NCBI GenBank assembly: GCA_963787835.1
Contig: CAWBEI010000002.1
Location: 480,001 to 544,000, forward strand
Direction: 5' to 3'
Length of the DNA stretch: 64,000 bases
Origin: Ignavibacteriota bacterium
GTDB lineage: Bacteria > Bacteroidota > Ignavibacteria > Palsa-1295
Positions 1 through 10,050 of the stretch are shown here, piece after piece. The notes under the pieces are model-generated. The model did no database searches and was not told the origin of the DNA. It saw only the letters and a list, made by a program, of their open reading frames with translations. Position 1 is the first letter of the stretch. Each line of letters opens with the position of its first letter. The position numbers were made by a program, and so were the translations under genes.

Positions 1-37
1 TAAGGGGTGGCTGCAAGTTGATATTCAAACCATCCCA

Positions 38-472
38 ATGAATAATGTCGAGGAGGTCTATACCGACCCAGAGCGCCGTTGGGCTCTGGTTCTTGCGGAG
101 ATCCCTTCAACGGCAGAATTCCGCCGCAGCGTAGCCCGCGATGGCATGCTGGCGCTTCCGGACCAATCTTTTGCCTCAAAATATGCCAAAGCGCCCGGAA
201 ATCTTGTCCTGACAAGGCCAGCAGAGGTCTATTCCGAAAATGGAAAGCTATTTGCAAGCTATAACTACTCTGAAACAGGAACAGACTCGCTGCACCGAAT
301 AGAGAACCGGCAAGTGCTATTTACGACCGGCTCTAAGTTTTACGAGCTTGGAATGATAGAAATCGATACGACCGCGAACAGCCAGTCAGAGCGTGTTCAG
401 AACTTCCGCCTGTTGGAGTCTGTTACGGCGTCGCTCGAAGGAGTAGCCGAAATTCGAGCAGACACGCTTTGA
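38..472 (+). CDS. hypothetical protein
   Basis: 144-aa ORF, no recognised motif; the start is uncertain near the window edge. Confidence 0.45.
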   Translation: MNNVEEVYTDPERRWALVLAEIPSTAEFRRSVARDGMLALPDQSFASKYAKAPGNLVLTRPAEVYSENGKLFASYNYSETGTDSLHRIENRQVLFTTGSKFYELGMIEIDTTANSQSERVQNFRLLESVTASLEGVAEIRADTL

Positions 473-752
473 AAGGATGAGGGCTGAAGGATAAAGGATG
501 AAGGTAGGAAAATCCAAGAAATTTCCCCGTTCATACTTCATAATTCATACTTCATACTTGCCATTGGGGCGTCGCCAAGCGGTAAGGCACCGCCCTTTGG
601 AGGCGGCATTCGGAGGTTCGAATCCTCCCGCCCCAGCTTTTTGGGAAAAGATGAATTATGAAGTATGAAGTATGAAAGAATATCGGTATTTTTTCTCGCT
701 TCTTAATCACTAAATTTTCCGGCATTTTTTCATACTTCATAATTCATACTTG
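472..752. repeat. inverted clusters of heptamer tandem repeats (TTATGAA/GTATGAA vs TTCATAC/TTCATAA) flanking tRNA-Gln
   Basis: ttcatacttcataattcatacttcatac ~530-557; atgaattatgaagtatgaagtatgaa ~651-676; ttcatacttcataattcatac ~730-749. Confidence 0.8.
565..636 (+). tRNA. tRNA-Gln(TTG)
   Basis: TGGGGCG/CGCCCCA acceptor stem, anticodon loop CTTTGGA, GGTTCGAATCC T-arm; CCA not encoded. Confidence 0.95.
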
Positions 753-759
753 CTCAAAA

Positions 760-2070
760 ATGTTACCTACAGTTGCAATAGTCGGTCGGCCGAATGTCGG
801 GAAATCGACGCTGTTCAACCGGCTGGCCGGTGAGCGGCGCGCTATCACCGAAGCGACATCCGGCGTTACCCGCGACAGGCATTACACCAAAGCCGAATGG
901 TCCGGGTATGAGTATAATCTGATCGACACCGGCGGAGTTGTATCCGGTTCCAATGACATTTTCGAACGTGCGATCAAAGAACAAGCTGAGATCGCGATCG
1001 AAGAAGCCGATGTGATCCTCTTTGTTGCCGATGTCACCTCCGGACTTCATCCGCTCGATTCCGAAGTAGCGCAGATGCTGCGGAAATCCGGCAAACCCAT
1101 TTTTTTGCTTGCTAACAAAGCCGATAACGAAAAACGCGAACCGCTTGCAGCCAGCGAATTTTATCCGCTCGGCTTGGGCGAACCAATTCCTATCAGCGCC
1201 ATCAACGGACGCGGCGTAGCGGATTTCCTCGATGAGCTTCTGAAGAAATTCCCGCCCAAAGAAGAAAAAAGCGATGAGCCGGAGCCATTGAAACTTGCAA
1301 TCGTCGGCAAGCCGAACGTCGGAAAGTCAAGCTATTTGAATGCCCTGTTAGGACAAGACCGCGCCATTGTCACCCCCATCGCAGGAACCACGCGCGATAC
1401 GTTACATACCGATTACAGCTATTACGGACAAAAGATCACGCTCATAGATACCGCCGGACTTCGCCGTAAGAAATATATCTCCGACTCGATAGAACTTTAT
1501 TCCACCATCCGCACGATGAAGGCCATCGAGGAGTGCGACGTTGCACTGGTCATGCTCGATGCCACGCAGGGGATGGAAAATCAGGATGCAAAGATCGTTA
1601 ATGAAGTGGTTGAGGCGCGAAAGGGTGCAGTGATCGTCATCAACAAATGGGATGCCGTTGAAAAGGACACAATGACCTCAGCGAATTTCGAAAAGCAACT
1701 GCGCGAGACGTTCCGAACGCTGGATTACATTCCCATCGTCTTCATCAGCGCACTGACCCATTTGCGGCACACGAAACCCATTGATATTGCTCTGAAAGTA
1801 AATGCCGGTCGCAAGAAACGCATTGACACCAGCGAGCTGAACGGTGTTCTTCTCGAAGAGATCGGCCGCACTCCACCGCCCGGCGTGCGCGGACACGACC
1901 TGCGCATCAATTATATCACGCAAGTCAATACCGAGCCGCCCGTCTTCGCCTTTTTCTCCAATTTTCCCGAGGAGATCCCCAGCGCCTACAAACGCTTCCT
2001 CGAACGCGCGCTCCGTAACCATTTCGGCTTCGAAGGCGTGACGGTTTCGTTTGTGTTTAGGAAGAAATGA
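760..2070 (+). CDS. der: ribosome biogenesis GTPase Der (EngA)
   Basis: two G-domains (GRPNVGKS..DTGG..NKAD; GKPNVGKS..DTAG..NKWD) and a KH-like C-terminus. Confidence 0.97.
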   Translation: MLPTVAIVGRPNVGKSTLFNRLAGERRAITEATSGVTRDRHYTKAEWSGYEYNLIDTGGVVSGSNDIFERAIKEQAEIAIEEADVILFVADVTSGLHPLDSEVAQMLRKSGKPIFLLANKADNEKREPLAASEFYPLGLGEPIPISAINGRGVADFLDELLKKFPPKEEKSDEPEPLKLAIVGKPNVGKSSYLNALLGQDRAIVTPIAGTTRDTLHTDYSYYGQKITLIDTAGLRRKKYISDSIELYSTIRTMKAIEECDVALVMLDATQGMENQDAKIVNEVVEARKGAVIVINKWDAVEKDTMTSANFEKQLRETFRTLDYIPIVFISALTHLRHTKPIDIALKVNAGRKKRIDTSELNGVLLEEIGRTPPPGVRGHDLRINYITQVNTEPPVFAFFSNFPEEIPSAYKRFLERALRNHFGFEGVTVSFVFRKK

Positions 2071-2116
2071 GCGGGGTCTATATTCATTCTTTCGTCAAGC
2101 TAAACATTAAGAGGCC

Positions 2117-2944
2117 ATGATTCGAATTGATGGTAAAGATACTTACATAGTATATGCCGACTGGAATATTTTTGACGATATTACAAAATCAAGACAGAAT
2201 GAGCTCGAGAAAGTTGTTGCTTTAGCAAAAGAGAAGAAATCAATTATTTGTCCATATTCCATCATCCACCTCCATGAGGCTAGCAACGTCGATCTTACAA
2301 TTCCCGATGGAGATAAATTAGTTGATATTAACTATAATTCAATCCGTTCTTTCTCAGATTTTTGGCATATCGAGAATGCCGATGCTTCGGATCTCAGAGT
2401 GCGAAGAGTCGATCCTTCCGAAATTCTTGACCCACCTTTAGCCCGATCGTTTATCACGAACTTTGAAAATGCGATAGCTCCAATTATGGAAGGAATTGCT
2501 ATAGTCCGTCAAAATGCTAAAGATCATGGATTAGATTCAAAAGTTTTAAATAACACATCGTCAAAAAATTTTATATCAAGAGTTGATGATATTCTTGTTT
2601 CACAAGAAAATTTAGCAGAATACAGGCATCTTGCACCTGAGGGTTTAACCTTCGATGATCTCTTGGTTTTAGGCTCAAAAATTGCTGGGACAAATGCCCA
2701 TCAGGAGCTTGTGCTTGTTTATGTTCTCTCAGACCTGACTGGCTATCACAGTGATCGCGTCGCTGATTTAAAATCGCTCTGGAGGGACGCCTCCCATGTC
2801 GCCTTTGCACGAGGTGCAGATGTTTTAATATCTTCAGATAAGCGTTTGCGACAGAAGGCTACCTTAACTTATGAAAAGCTTGGTTGGCCAACCATAGTTC
2901 TTGATGCCGTTGATGCTGCAAAATTAATTGAGCAAATCCCTTAA
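2117..2944 (+). CDS. AT-rich hypothetical protein, possible PIN-like nuclease fold
   Basis: YADWNIF near the N-terminus and DASHVAFA..DVLISSDKRL near the C-terminus resemble PIN acidic motifs; lower GC than its neighbours. Confidence 0.55.
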   Translation: MIRIDGKDTYIVYADWNIFDDITKSRQNELEKVVALAKEKKSIICPYSIIHLHEASNVDLTIPDGDKLVDINYNSIRSFSDFWHIENADASDLRVRRVDPSEILDPPLARSFITNFENAIAPIMEGIAIVRQNAKDHGLDSKVLNNTSSKNFISRVDDILVSQENLAEYRHLAPEGLTFDDLLVLGSKIAGTNAHQELVLVYVLSDLTGYHSDRVADLKSLWRDASHVAFARGADVLISSDKRLRQKATLTYEKLGWPTIVLDAVDAAKLIEQIP

Positions 2945-3077
2945 TTTGATAGGCATTAAGAAATCCCCTCCCCATTCGGCACAACTTGGGCGATCTGTAA
3001 GTTTAAGAGCGTCCCGCATGATTGCTCATCCGATGACCGCTCATCCCCCGCGCATGATTGCTCATGCTTGATTTTTC

Positions 3078-4499
3078 ATGGTTTTTAACAGCCTTGCGTT
3101 CGCCATTTTCCTGCCGATCGTCCTAATCGGCTATTACCTGCTGCCCTTCAAAGGCCAGAACAGGTTTCTGCTGGTGGCCAGCCTCTTTTTTTATGCCTGG
3201 TGGGACTGGCGGTTTCTGTTCTTGCTTGGCCTCACCATCGTCGTAGATTACTATTCCTCGCAGGCCATCAAGCGGGCTACGGAAAGGAAAATAAAGCTCC
3301 GCTGGCTTAGGCTATCGCTTGGAAGCAATCTTCTCGTACTCAGCATATTCAAGTACAGCAATTTTTTCATCTCTTCGTTCGCCGCGATGCTTACGCAGAT
3401 CGGGTTCCATGTGCATCCGGTTACACTCCAACTTGCGCTGCCGATCGGAATAAGTTTCTATACGTTCATGTCGATGTCCTACGTGATCGACGTGTATTGG
3501 GGCAAGTTCGATCCGGCCGAGAATTTCTGGGATTTCGGGCTCTTCGTTTCTTATTTCCCGCATCTTGTGGCTGGCCCAATTTTGCGTGCAGGTCAACTTC
3601 TGCCGCAGATCATGAAGCCGCGCACTGTTTCGAAAGAGCAGATACGCGATGGATTGGCGCTCATCCTGCTCGGACTCATTCGCAAAGTGCTTATCGCCGA
3701 TCTTGTGGCGGGTATGGTCGATGAAGCATTCACCAGCGTTCACGCGATGACAAGCGCCGATCTGCTGTTCCGCATGTGGCTCTTTACCATCCAAATTTAT
3801 GGCGATTTTGCAGGATATAGCGACATGGCTCGCGGCATCAGCAAATTATTTGGGATCGAACTCCATATCAATTTCGCGACGCCATTTCTATCGCAGAACA
3901 TCACGGAACTTTGGCGCAGATGGCATATCTCGCTTTCAAGCTGGCTGCGCGATTACGTTTATATCCCGCTCGGCGGAAGCCGAAAAGGACCTGCCCGAAC
4001 CTACTTCAATAATTTTATCACCATGATCGTGAGCGGCCTTTGGCATGGCGCGAACTGGACGTTCGTCGGTTTTGGCGCAGTCAATGGGATCGGACTTGCC
4101 ATTCATAAAGCGTGGCTTAGGATCACCAAACGAACGGTTCCCAAAGGATTTGGAACTCCCAAATGGACGTGGAAATCGCCATTTATGATTCTCATGACGA
4201 TCAATCTCTATTCTTTCTCCCTGTTGCTGTTTCGCACTCCAAATTTTGCTACATTCGGCGCGTATGTGTCTCGAATGTTTTCGTTCGTGCCGGGAATTCA
4301 TAAAGGAGCCACACTTTTTGTTCTGCCACTAATATTACTCTCGTTCACACTCGATATTCTGCAATACACAGGATTCGGACAGCGTATGTTCGAGCGCATG
4401 AATTTTGCAACGCAAACCGTGGCCTTCGGTATTCTCTTCGCGCTCGTGCTCATTGCCGGTTCGGATAATAGCATTCCATTCATTTATTTTCAATTCTAA
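3078..4499 (+). CDS. MBOAT family O-acyltransferase (AlgI/DltB-like)
   Basis: LPIGISFYTF, YGDFAGYSDMA, WRRWHISLSSWLRDYVYIPLGG and GLWHGA motifs; many TM segments. Confidence 0.95.
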   Translation: MVFNSLAFAIFLPIVLIGYYLLPFKGQNRFLLVASLFFYAWWDWRFLFLLGLTIVVDYYSSQAIKRATERKIKLRWLRLSLGSNLLVLSIFKYSNFFISSFAAMLTQIGFHVHPVTLQLALPIGISFYTFMSMSYVIDVYWGKFDPAENFWDFGLFVSYFPHLVAGPILRAGQLLPQIMKPRTVSKEQIRDGLALILLGLIRKVLIADLVAGMVDEAFTSVHAMTSADLLFRMWLFTIQIYGDFAGYSDMARGISKLFGIELHINFATPFLSQNITELWRRWHISLSSWLRDYVYIPLGGSRKGPARTYFNNFITMIVSGLWHGANWTFVGFGAVNGIGLAIHKAWLRITKRTVPKGFGTPKWTWKSPFMILMTINLYSFSLLLFRTPNFATFGAYVSRMFSFVPGIHKGATLFVLPLILLSFTLDILQYTGFGQRMFERMNFATQTVAFGILFALVLIAGSDNSIPFIYFQF

Positions 4500-4502
4500 G
4501 GA

Positions 4503-5525
4503 ATGCAGAACCGATTCATCTCACAATACTTTGCGGAATTTCGCTACACATTTGCAGCGGGAATCTGCATTGTTGTAATTGCCTACGCGGTGATCGTTGG
4601 GCTTGTGCTTGCCGTGCCGCATTTGCCATTGGCGAACAAGCGCACCTTCTATGGCTTACTCCGAGCACAGATGGCAATCGATGAAGGCAAAAAGCTTCCG
4701 GAAACGAAGCAGGAGATGGTGCTTTTTCTTGGCAGTTCTGTGGTCGAACGCGGAGTTTCCGAACTTTCGATGGATAGCGTCTTCCGGAACGAACATCTTC
4801 CTTATGAAACGATGAACGCTGGCACCGGCGGTTTCTGCGCCGATGCAAACCTTCCTATGTTCCGCGCCATGCTCGATGATGGATTAAAGCCAACGTTCGT
4901 CATTTACGGCGTTAGCATTCAGGAGTTGAATGGCGCTTCAACCGTCCATGCTTTTTTGGGAACGAAAGATACGGCCTCCGTAAAACTAAAACCCAAAACA
5001 TTCTGGAATATCTTGCGTTATGGCCCAACGGCGCTTGCTCCTCTTATGAGTGGCGACCACTTCCACCAGTATGTTTTTGCGGCGAATAATGCCTTTCGAG
5101 ATGTGCCGAACCTGAACCTCTTCAACCGCCTGATGTTCGGCGAGAATAGCCCGCCACGCGACAGCACCTACGTGTTTAACCCTATCTACCTTCAGGATCT
5201 AAAAGAGATCGTGACGATGTGCCAGTCACGCGGGATAAAGGTAGCTCTTTATAATGCCCCGCTCCGCAAGCGCACAACGAGTGAGGTGGATATTCCGTAC
5301 GAACATCGCGGCGACAGTTACGAAAAAGTTCTCGGCCTCGCGAAAGAGCAGCATATTCCATTCTGGAATTTTGACAGAGTGGGAATTTTCACTTATTCGG
5401 AATTCCAGGATAATTACCATCTCACCCCGATGGGCGCGAAGAAGATCTCTGCCATGCTTGCCGATTCCATTGCTCACTGGCAAGCAAGTTCTCACACTCA
5501 GGATGGCATCGAGACGCTGGAATAA
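4503..5525 (+). CDS. membrane-anchored SGNH-like protein (AlgJ/DltD-like partner of the MBOAT)
   Basis: N-terminal TM segment, FLGSS block I, DNYHL (DxxH) catalytic motif; 3 bp downstream of the MBOAT gene. Confidence 0.75.
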   Translation: MQNRFISQYFAEFRYTFAAGICIVVIAYAVIVGLVLAVPHLPLANKRTFYGLLRAQMAIDEGKKLPETKQEMVLFLGSSVVERGVSELSMDSVFRNEHLPYETMNAGTGGFCADANLPMFRAMLDDGLKPTFVIYGVSIQELNGASTVHAFLGTKDTASVKLKPKTFWNILRYGPTALAPLMSGDHFHQYVFAANNAFRDVPNLNLFNRLMFGENSPPRDSTYVFNPIYLQDLKEIVTMCQSRGIKVALYNAPLRKRTTSEVDIPYEHRGDSYEKVLGLAKEQHIPFWNFDRVGIFTYSEFQDNYHLTPMGAKKISAMLADSIAHWQASSHTQDGIETLE

Positions 5526-6077
5526 CTAACTTCGGATCAGAAAAAAAAGCGCCACAACAGCAGCAGCCCCAAGCACGACCATAATCGGTTCCAGCGTGTT
5601 CGACCAAAAACCGCTCTGCGGAGGTCCGTAGTGCACGTAGCGCGATGCGTTATTCTGTAACTGCATCCAATCGCTCGGGGTGAGATCAATAGTTACTGTG
5701 CGAGCAAGCGTGCGTGAGACCGCGATGGAATTCATCGGCTGCAGGAGTTCGCCTTGCATTCTAATATCCATACGGGCCTTCCCGGAATCCATCCGCTGAA
5801 CATTCGCAGAAAGTTGGGATACATAAAAAAGCGGTGCAGAGGCAACCATCGCCTTTTGCACCGCCGTAAATAATGGAGTATAGGTGCTATCGCCAGCCAG
5901 TAATGCCTGGCTACCGTTGATTGAAGGCACCATCGGCATGAGCGAAGACGCAAGCACACTATCTACTCGAGTAAGTTGCGCACACAATCCTGACGGTAAG
6001 GCGAAGATCGTCGAGGTGAAGATCAAGAGATTTAACGCCATTGCGAGGAGAATAAAGCGACCCGCATGATCGGTCAT
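5526..6077 (-). CDS. hypothetical exported/membrane protein
   Basis: signal-like N-terminus and C-terminal TM segment; start moved to MTDH because the ORF-track extension is translated repeat. Confidence 0.6.
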   Translation of the reverse strand: MTDHAGRFILLAMALNLLIFTSTIFALPSGLCAQLTRVDSVLASSLMPMVPSINGSQALLAGDSTYTPLFTAVQKAMVASAPLFYVSQLSANVQRMDSGKARMDIRMQGELLQPMNSIAVSRTLARTVTIDLTPSDWMQLQNNASRYVHYGPPQSGFWSNTLEPIMVVLGAAAVVALFFLIRS

Positions 6078-6180
6078 GCGTGAAGGAATCTTATTAGACG
6101 AAGCAATCTCCGTCTCAACATGCAGCGATTGCTTCGAAAGAATCACTCCGCTTCGCTTCGTGACTCTTTCTCGCAATGAC
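6073..6180. repeat. palindromic element of the GTCATTGCGAG..GAAGCAATCTC..GATTGCTTCG..CTCGCAATGAC family
   Basis: nested inverted repeats; a second copy lies at 45134-45277. Confidence 0.75.
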
Positions 6181-6215
6181 ATCATATCAATGTTTTTATT
6201 CTAGCGACGTGTACC

Positions 6216-7541
6216 TTATCCGTAGATGCCTCGCAACTTGAGCGTGCGGGCGACCTTATCGATCGCGAGGATATACGAGGCAAGCCTTAACGAGACCTTG
6301 TAATGAACGGACGTTTCATAGACCCGGTCGAACGCGCCATTCATCACCTCTTCAAGCCGATCGTTGACGACTTCAAGGGTCCAATGATATCCCATGCGGT
6401 TTTGCACCCACTCGAAATAGCTGACTGTTACTCCACCGGCATTTGCAAGAATATCCGGTACTACAAGAATGCCTTTGGATTCCAGGATCGGATCGGCACC
6501 GGCTGTGGTCGGACCGTTTGCGCCCTCGACGATCAGTTTCGCCTGAATATTATGCGCATTGCGCTTGGTGATACGGTCCTCACGAGCGGCCGGAACAAGT
6601 ACATCACAATCGAGCGTCAGGAGCTGTTCATTAGTGATCTTTTCCCCGCCCTTCCAGCCCTCGAGCAAGAAATCGTGCGATTCCGAATAGCGAATGGCAT
6701 TTTCAACATCAATACCACCATCGTTATAATAGGCTCCAGAAATATCTGAGATACCGATCACTCTTGCACCTTCGCGAGAGAGCAACTGCGCTGAGATCGA
6801 GCCGACATTTCCGAATCCTTCAACGGCAACGGTCGTGTCCCGAGGTTTGAGTCCAATTTTATCCATGGCACGTAACGCCGCGTGCATCACACCGCGCCCG
6901 GTGGCCTCTTTCCTTCCCTTACTGCCACCAAGCACGAGCGGTTTGCCCGTGACGACGCCTGGCTCGGTACGCTTCATGTGCATGGACCATGTATCTAAGA
7001 TCCACGCCATAACCTGCTCGTTGGTGTTAACATCCGGCGCTGGAATATCGCGATCCGGGCCGAAGACATCGAGCATATTAGCAGTGTATCTCCGCGTGAT
7101 CTTTTCGAGCTGCTGGATCGTAAGGTGCCGCGGATCGCAACGGACTCCGCCTTTTGCACCACCGAATGGGATATCGACGACTGCGCATTTCCATGTCATC
7201 CAGGCGGCTAAGGCTTTTACTTCGTCAAGATTTACATCCGGCGCGTAACGGATACCACCCTTGCTGGGACCTAAAATATCATTATGAATAACGCGGTAGC
7301 CGTCAAAGACCTGAATAGAGCCATCATCCATTTGAATGGGAATAGAAACGATGACGGATTTGACTGGGGTTTTGAGATATTGATAAATGCCTGGTTCGAG
7401 GTGAAGGATCTCTGCTGCGCGATCGAATCGCTGCATCATGGACTCTAATGGATTATCTTTATCAAGGATCGGAGCCGGCTCTTTATATACCGATGGAGCG
7501 GATTCGGCAGTTTGGGGGAGGTCGTTCGTTGTAGTTGCCAT
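6216..7541 (-). CDS. gdhA: Glu/Leu/Phe/Val dehydrogenase (glutamate dehydrogenase)
   Basis: GPSKGGIRY, GGAKGG, DIPAPDVNT, GFGNVG and EGANGPTT motifs. Confidence 0.93.
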   Translation of the reverse strand: MATTTNDLPQTAESAPSVYKEPAPILDKDNPLESMMQRFDRAAEILHLEPGIYQYLKTPVKSVIVSIPIQMDDGSIQVFDGYRVIHNDILGPSKGGIRYAPDVNLDEVKALAAWMTWKCAVVDIPFGGAKGGVRCDPRHLTIQQLEKITRRYTANMLDVFGPDRDIPAPDVNTNEQVMAWILDTWSMHMKRTEPGVVTGKPLVLGGSKGRKEATGRGVMHAALRAMDKIGLKPRDTTVAVEGFGNVGSISAQLLSREGARVIGISDISGAYYNDGGIDVENAIRYSESHDFLLEGWKGGEKITNEQLLTLDCDVLVPAAREDRITKRNAHNIQAKLIVEGANGPTTAGADPILESKGILVVPDILANAGGVTVSYFEWVQNRMGYHWTLEVVNDRLEEVMNGAFDRVYETSVHYKVSLRLASYILAIDKVARTLKLRGIYG

Positions 7542-7627
7542 TCTTGTTTTGTTGAGTCAAGTCTGGGCGCAAGCCCTTTAAATGGGTACGCCGTTAAAAT
7601 ATTTGCCGGGGTATAACAATCCTCTTC

Positions 7628-8555
7628 CTACTTTCTTTCCACGAGATCAAAGAGTATTTCCCCTTCATCCGCGGATACAATGTCTGTGCCAAGTACCCGG
7701 GCAAGAAGACGCTGAGTAAGTGTGGGGTCATCATCCAGAAAATGGCGAGAGTGCTGACGCGCCTGACGAACCTGCTCTGGATCGATATCGGCAACGATCA
7801 GGTCTTCCTCAAAAAACGCCCCTCTATCGATCGTTTCTCCCGATGGAGCGACTATTTCCGATCCACCCCAAAAATTTACACCATCCTCGACTCCCACACG
7901 ATTAACGAATATGACGTAACAACCAAGCAACCTCGCATACGCTGCGTGATGCTCGCGGTTGATGATGTAATTCTCTGGTACGTTGGGATGATGGAGCTGG
8001 TTTTCTCCGGTACCTAAGCGGGTCGGGCTTGCAGCGATGGTTATGATAAGCTGCGCACCATCGAGTGCCAGAACATACGGAAGAGCGGGATGCCAGAGAT
8101 CTTCGCAAACCAGCATTCCGATGCGGCCTAGCCGATCTGATGTGAACGCCTCGGCTGCACGGCCAGCGGTAAAATATCTTCCTTCCTCGAAAATTCCGTA
8201 CGTTGGAGGATAGACTTTACGATGGGTATATTTGACCGTACCATCCTCGAATAAAAGTGCGGCATTGTAAACCGCGCCGCGCTCATCTTCCTCGATAGCC
8301 CCACAAATAATAGTGATCCTTTTTGAAAGTTTCCGTAATGGTGCGTAGGCCGCTGCTTCCGATCCGGCCGCACAATCGAAATTAAGATCGCGGACGGTGT
8401 AGCCGGTAAGTGAAAGTTCGGGAAAAATGATGGCATCAGCGCCCCGTTCGATCGCACGTTCTGCCCGTTCCACATGCCGCTCGACGTTGCGATCCACATC
8501 ACCAAGAACAGAGGAGATCTGGGCTAATGCAATGCGGGAGGGTTTTCAAAAGCAT
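7628..8555 (-). CDS. carbon-nitrogen hydrolase (nitrilase family), apparent +1 frameshift near 8537
   Basis: FPELSLTGY, HRKVY and VCEDLW give the E-K-C triad; removing one C joins MLLKTL to RIALAQ. Confidence 0.85.
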
Positions 8556-8573
8556 CTTGTTTGGAAAGTCATT

Positions 8574-9875
8574 TTAGCGATCGATCACGAACATCCGCTC
8601 CGCATGTTGATCTCCAGACTCCAGACGATAATAATATGCACCGTTCGGGAGGGAGTGTCCGTCAAACGAAACATTGTATCTCCCTGGAGAATAATAGCCA
8701 TTGGTAACTATTGCTACCATGCGTCCGGTGAGGTCGAAAACGGAGAGCGAAATTGGCCCTGGGTCTGAAAGTGAAAAACGGATCGACGTCGCCAAGCTAA
8801 AGGGATTCGGTGAATTCTGATCCAGAACGATGGCAGACTGCGATCCCGCAGAGCCCTCCTTCACACCACCTAATCCGCTGGGGCTATATTTAAAAACACC
8901 GTTATCTGTAGCCGCGAACAGGGTTCCACTATTATTGAACGCAAGCGCATTGATAGTATCGGTCGTCAATCCAGAAGAAATGTCTTTCCAGGTTTTTCCG
9001 GTATCGGGCGAGACGGATATCCCCCCCGTCTTGCCATTGGTAGAATTCGTCCCTATGAAGATTTCTCCGTTCGAGGCTACCACTAAATTGTAGTACGTGG
9101 AATTGGTGGCCCACGGAGGGGTGATCGAAGCCCAATAGTTACCGCTATCCTTAGAAAAATACAGTCCGCCCGTTCCGCCTGCCACGATTAGCCCACTATT
9201 GAGAAAGCCGAATGCAACGCCAGCGCCGAAGGCTGGAGCTCCAGGAATCGAATCCCAAAACTCACCGGTTCGCCCCAAAGCGCGCGCAAGAGACGTTTGT
9301 GTTCCGGCAAAGATCAGCCCGGATTGGCTTGCTGCAACAAAGGAAGGAAAGTTGGTGTAATCCTGAAAGACCCCCTGCTCGTACCAGCTATCCCCATAAT
9401 TGTCGGAGGCCCATAACTCGCTGCCCTGCGAGGAAGCGAACATCGATCCCATCAGTCCAATGGAATATGATCCTATTACCGGATCAAATGGGTTGCCAGA
9501 ATCGATCACCATTTGCTGCCACGAATTTCCATCGTCCGGCGATCTGAATTGCCGTGTGCTCCCGCCCACAAAAAGTTCACCTTTCGCATCCACGCCATAC
9601 ACGGGACCCAGTTGGGCTTCCGCTATTGCAGGTTTAGGAATTAGTACCCAGGACCCTCCATTATTCGTCGAACGAAATACGCCTGCAAAACTGCCGAATT
9701 TGGTCAAAGCCCCGGCAAAAAGAGTTCCATCCGGGGAGACGGCGAGTGAACCTACCGGCGCGGAAAGACCAACCGTATCCGGTACCCAATATTGCGCATT
9801 CGCCACACCAGAACTAAGAGCAAGACTGAACGTTAGAATCCAAATGCATTGGATGAATGACAAGAAGCGAAGCAT
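8574..9875 (-). CDS. secreted BNR/Asp-box beta-propeller protein with T9SS C-terminal domain
   Basis: signal peptide, repeated S-x-D-x-G-x-x-W motifs, QNSPNPF...GAYYYRL CTD. Confidence 0.85.
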   Translation of the reverse strand: MLRFLSFIQCIWILTFSLALSSGVANAQYWVPDTVGLSAPVGSLAVSPDGTLFAGALTKFGSFAGVFRSTNNGGSWVLIPKPAIAEAQLGPVYGVDAKGELFVGGSTRQFRSPDDGNSWQQMVIDSGNPFDPVIGSYSIGLMGSMFASSQGSELWASDNYGDSWYEQGVFQDYTNFPSFVAASQSGLIFAGTQTSLARALGRTGEFWDSIPGAPAFGAGVAFGFLNSGLIVAGGTGGLYFSKDSGNYWASITPPWATNSTYYNLVVASNGEIFIGTNSTNGKTGGISVSPDTGKTWKDISSGLTTDTINALAFNNSGTLFAATDNGVFKYSPSGLGGVKEGSAGSQSAIVLDQNSPNPFSLATSIRFSLSDPGPISLSVFDLTGRMVAIVTNGYYSPGRYNVSFDGHSLPNGAYYYRLESGDQHAERMFVIDR

Positions 9876-10050
9876 AACGTAAAAAACCCTTCCTATACTA
9901 AAGTGAACATCGTTGAGACCTTTTTGCGACTTCTAAAAAACAACTCAATGGCTGGAAAGTTACAGCCAATCATATGGTTTCTATCAGAAAGACCGCGCAC
10001 CTCACGAGCTTCGCTGGTGTTCACTGTAATCCGCACCACTATTCATTACG

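Noticed and set aside
3069-3071. Selenocysteine readthrough fusing the leader peptide to the MBOAT
   Set aside because: No SECIS-like hairpin seen, and MVFNS is already the typical MBOAT N-terminus
8530-8555. Programmed frameshift or phase variation in the nitrilase gene
   Set aside because: The C run is very short with no slippery heptamer; it fits the scattered one-base indels that suggest assembly error
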